Source of the DNA: Anaeromyxobacteraceae bacterium
GTDB lineage: Bacteria > Myxococcota > Myxococcia > Myxococcales > Anaeromyxobacteraceae
Direction: 5' to 3'
Assembly: GCA_032654565.1 (NCBI GenBank)
Contig: JAULAX010000005.1
Coordinates: 173,942 to 237,941 of the forward strand
DNA length: 64,000 nt
The translations under genes and the position numbers were made by a program. Shown piece after piece: positions 62,001 to 64,000 of the stretch (position 1 is the stretch's first letter; every line of letters starts with the position of its first letter). The notes under the pieces are model-generated. The model did no database searches. It was not told where the DNA came from and worked only from the letters and a program-made list of their open reading frames with translations.

Positions 62001-62931
62001 GCAGGGCCTCGCGCACCGAGGCCGGCTCGCGGGCGGCGAGCGGCAGCCCATCGCCGCGGGCGTCGGCGAGGCGGAGCGCGAAGCCCATCCAGCCGGTGTC
62101 GTGGGCCAGCTTCACCAGCAGCCGGTTGGGGCCGGCCTTGAGCGACACCAGCGCGCCGCGCTGGTCGAAGCGGGCCGGGTGGTCGACGCGGTCCTCCAGC
62201 GCCAGGACGCCGTTGACCCAGACCTTGCTGCGACCGCTGGCCCCGAACCAGAGCCGGGCTGGCTGGTCGCGCGGGCTGTCGACCACGGCCAGGGCGTAGG
62301 CGGTCACCTGCTCGCCGGGGCGAAGCACCGCCCCCAGCCCCACCTCGCCGTCCACCACCGCCTCGGGCGGGAGCGGCCGCCAGCGCACCTCCCGCCCCTT
62401 CCCCGGCGCCGCCGCCTTCGGGTCGAGCGCCAGCTCCGGCGGCTCGGCGCGGTCGAGGCCGTGGTTCCCCTCGTTGTCGAACGGCCCCATCACCAGCCAG
62501 CGGGTGACGATGCCGAGCCGGCCGAGCTGGGTGGCGGCCCGCTGCAGGTTGCCGCGGGCCCGCTCCTCGCGCGCCAGGCGCAGCCGGGCCAGGGCCCGGA
62601 CCTCCGGGTCGGCGGCGGGGTCGTCGAGCAGCCGGGCCAGCGCCTGGATCCCCCGGGTCCGGTCGGGGACCTGGTCGGCCAGCTCGCGCAGCTCGGTGAG
62701 CGCCACCACGGCGCGCGGGCCGTGATCGCGATCGAGCGCGGTGATGGCGGCGGCGTGCCGCTCGGCGGCCAGGTCGCGGGCGGGCGGCGCCGGTCGCGGC
62801 TGGGCGGGTGGCGAGAGCTTCGACCCTGCGCCCGGCGCGGGCTGCGAGGGCTCGGGCGGCGTGGCCTGCGCCCGGGTGCTCGGCGCCGCCGTGACCAGCA
62901 GGGCGGTGAGCGCGAGGAGCGGGGGGATCAT
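59092..62931 (-). CDS. Secreted TPR + DUF3857 + transglutaminase-like protein
   Basis: Signal peptide; WLVMGPFDN domain; TPRs; LQPGDVLEV; RYVALEFG, RFGDCKDKA, FNHAI, WLDGT (Cys-His-Asp triad). Confidence 0.85.
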   Translation of the reverse strand: MIPPLLALTALLVTAAPSTRAQATPPEPSQPAPGAGSKLSPPAQPRPAPPARDLAAERHAAAITALDRDHGPRAVVALTELRELADQVPDRTRGIQALARLLDDPAADPEVRALARLRLAREERARGNLQRAATQLGRLGIVTRWLVMGPFDNEGNHGLDRAEPPELALDPKAAAPGKGREVRWRPLPPEAVVDGEVGLGAVLRPGEQVTAYALAVVDSPRDQPARLWFGASGRSKVWVNGVLALEDRVDHPARFDQRGALVSLKAGPNRLLVKLAHDTGWMGFALRLADARGDGLPLAAREPASVREALPPLPAPGPGPRHIPGLVERLAAQAAALSGGVGGPARRAFAEALRAQLVALALRRTFPPRSAETAVLARRLVEAAPGWLEGRLLAASQEEDGNRRLDHLRAAEALDAGEPRVQRLLAEELLRLDRTHDAVRAAERAVAAAPGWMEARLALAQARERAGQGARARLERLALAERVPATAPALEAAAQAASEGSEPRRAAGWLRTAVALAFDLPGPRAQLTSLLLQLGDVSGAVVLLEEAQRLDPADASLRLRLAELLAANGRGDEAEAQFEAALRLCAEDAEGWERRGRARLRAGRPGEALLDLRRALELRPQQPALKQLVQSLEPSRLPFEAPYVADAAALARAPLAAAPGDDLVVLSDLEVVRVQQSGLASRFQQSVIKVLTARGVDEARRQSQAFTPGRQELRVERGRIHRPDGTVVEAWEDQESSASEPWYRMYYDTHVRTLTFTALQPGDVLEVAWRLDDVAESNLLADAFNDLTPVDGGPARRSFEYVLLLPSARAIHANQPAGVSYATRSLPGGLTEHRWSAGATPRFVGEPRLPGWSEVFRYLHVSTFASWDEVNAFYWRLVKEQLRPGEELKALARRLAGEALRSRGLPAALPPGGGEALEPGARRAVVAALHAFVVMQTRYVALEFGIHGYKPYAVDQVLDRRFGDCKDKASLTHALLASVGIESRLVLLRMSHLGAVPEAPASLAVFNHAILRVPSLDLWLDGTAVHSGTGEVPGADRGATVLVIEPAGPPRFGTLPLARPGENRTENDVTFRLEADGAATVEARFTQAGAGAAALRRAFQSEADRAPSLERSLGQLYPGLRVEQVTFSDLSRLEEPVREAYTARLPRFARAEAGTLSFTPFGQPASMSNGWAQLSTRRLPLQLDEPATSRATYQVELPPGVAVLELPAPAASTGPHLDWSLEYRAEPGRVVAEFSMAWKSDRVPPGDYPAFRDQLVALDRAVARTVVVRLDPVAAGGGT

Positions 62932-62978
62932 CCTTGCGCTGGAACCGTCGGGCGGTGGCGTCTCTTCCCGCGTTGGCC

Positions 62979-63266
62979 CTACGGCTTCAGCCCGGTCTTG
63001 ATGTAGGCGGCCACGCCCTTGATCTCCTCGTCGGAGAGCTGGGCCTTGAAGGCCGGCATCTTGGCCCGGCCGTTGGCGATCACCTTCTCCATCTCGGCGG
63101 CGGTCAGCTTGGAGGTGACCATGCTCGGGGTGTTGAAGATGGCCTTGCCCCTGCCGTCAGGCCCGTGGCAGCGGGTGCACTTGCCGTGAAAGACCACCAG
63201 GCCCGACTCGCCGGCCAGGGCGGCCAGCGGAGCGGACAGGGCGAGGACCAGGGCGAGGCGCTTCAT
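62979..63266 (-). CDS. Monoheme cytochrome c (c6/c553-like)
   Basis: Signal peptide, CTRCH, KMPAF axial Met, LSDEEI..VAAYI. Confidence 0.9.
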   Translation of the reverse strand: MKRLALVLALSAPLAALAGESGLVVFHGKCTRCHGPDGRGKAIFNTPSMVTSKLTAAEMEKVIANGRAKMPAFKAQLSDEEIKGVAAYIKTGLKP

Positions 63267-63339
63267 CGTGTTCTCCGGGCTGGGACGCCGGCGGTAGCGC
63301 GGGCGTGGGGGACGAGTAGACCACTTCTCCCGGCGCCGG

Positions 63340-64000
63340 TCACTCGGCGCGGGCCAGCGCCACCACCGTGACCCGGGCGGCCCCGGCGGCGAGCAGGGCG
63401 CGGGCCGCGGCGTCGGCGGTGGCGCCGGTGGTGACCACGTCGTCCACCAGCACCAGCTCGCGCCCGGCCACCCGGGCCGGGTCGGCGGTGAAGGCGCCGG
63501 CCACGTTGGCGGCCCGCGCCGCCCGCGAGCGCCCCACCTGCGGCGGCGTCTCCCGCACCCGGCGCAGCGCCCCGGTCAGGCGCGGCGCCCCGGCCGCCCG
63601 CGCCAGCTGCTCGGCCAGCCGGCCGGCCTGGTCGTAGCCGCGGCGCAGCCGCCGCTTGCGGCCCAGCGGCACCGCCACCACCAGCGCGGCGGTCGGCAGC
63701 ACCACCCGCGCCGCCAGCCAGCGCCCCAGCGGCCGGGCCAGGGAGGGGCGATCGCCGTACTTGAGGGCGTGGATGGCGTCGGCCAGCGGGCCGCCGAAGA
63801 GGCCGCCGGCCTGGACCCCGTCGAAGGCCGGGGGGTGGAGGAGGCAGGCGCCGCAGGTCGCGGCGCGGCCGGGGCGGCCGCAGCGCGGACACCCGTCGGA
63901 GGGGGGCAGGATGGCGTCGGCGCAGGTGGCGCAGAACGGTTCGCCCGCCTCGCCGCAGGCGGCGCAGCGCGGGGGATAGAGGAGATCGAGCAGGGCGGCG
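63340..64000 (-). CDS. comF: ComF family protein (double zinc ribbon + phosphoribosyltransferase), 5' end beyond window
   Basis: LLDLLYPPRCAACG...CATC...CPRC...CGAC, HALKY, RGYDQA, LVDDVVTTGAT. Confidence 0.9.
   Translation of the reverse strand, partial: AALLDLLYPPRCAACGEAGEPFCATCADAILPPSDGCPRCGRPGRAATCGACLLHPPAFDGVQAGGLFGGPLADAIHALKYGDRPSLARPLGRWLAARVVLPTAALVVAVPLGRKRRLRRGYDQAGRLAEQLARAAGAPRLTGALRRVRETPPQVGRSRAARAANVAGAFTADPARVAGRELVLVDDVVTTGATADAAARALLAAGAARVTVVALARAE

Overview
Very GC-rich bacterial DNA whose gene content (FrgA-like, AglZ-like, DnaJ/DUF4388/TPR and DUF3857 proteins) points to Myxococcota, probably Anaeromyxobacter-like; this taxonomy is inference. Housekeeping genes on both sides (RluA, YhbY, methylmalonyl-CoA mutase, acyl-CoA carboxylase subunits, CspA, FKBP, RsmE, PrmA, HemW, ComF) flank a ~25 kb beta-1,3-glucan (laminarin-type) utilisation locus at ~7.57-32.41 kb. 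The locus encodes GH1, three GH17, GH16, a GH149-type phosphorylase, a 1050-aa clan GH-A hydrolase fused to a probable outer-membrane beta-barrel, two paralogous glycan-binding-like lipoproteins, an Opp/Dpp-type ABC importer and a ROK repressor. No SusC/SusD pair is present. Three copies of a ROK/XylR-type operator (TAGTTtgTTCg-N5-CgAACAAAGT) can be read directly at the heads of transcription units, two of them overlapping identical TTGACA-N18-TAGTTT promoters. Between the convergent arms lie a toxin-antitoxin pair, DUF503 and a ~1 kb higher-order repeat (32/156-bp units, not CRISPR). Other items: an apparent active/inactive transglutaminase-like pair, a palindrome-rich intergenic element at ~47.0-47.5 kb, a truncated PsiE-like gene and an orphan tetraheme NapC/NirT cytochrome. 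No rRNA, tRNA, CRISPR, integrase or transposase was recognised. All family assignments come from motif recognition by eye, not database searches.
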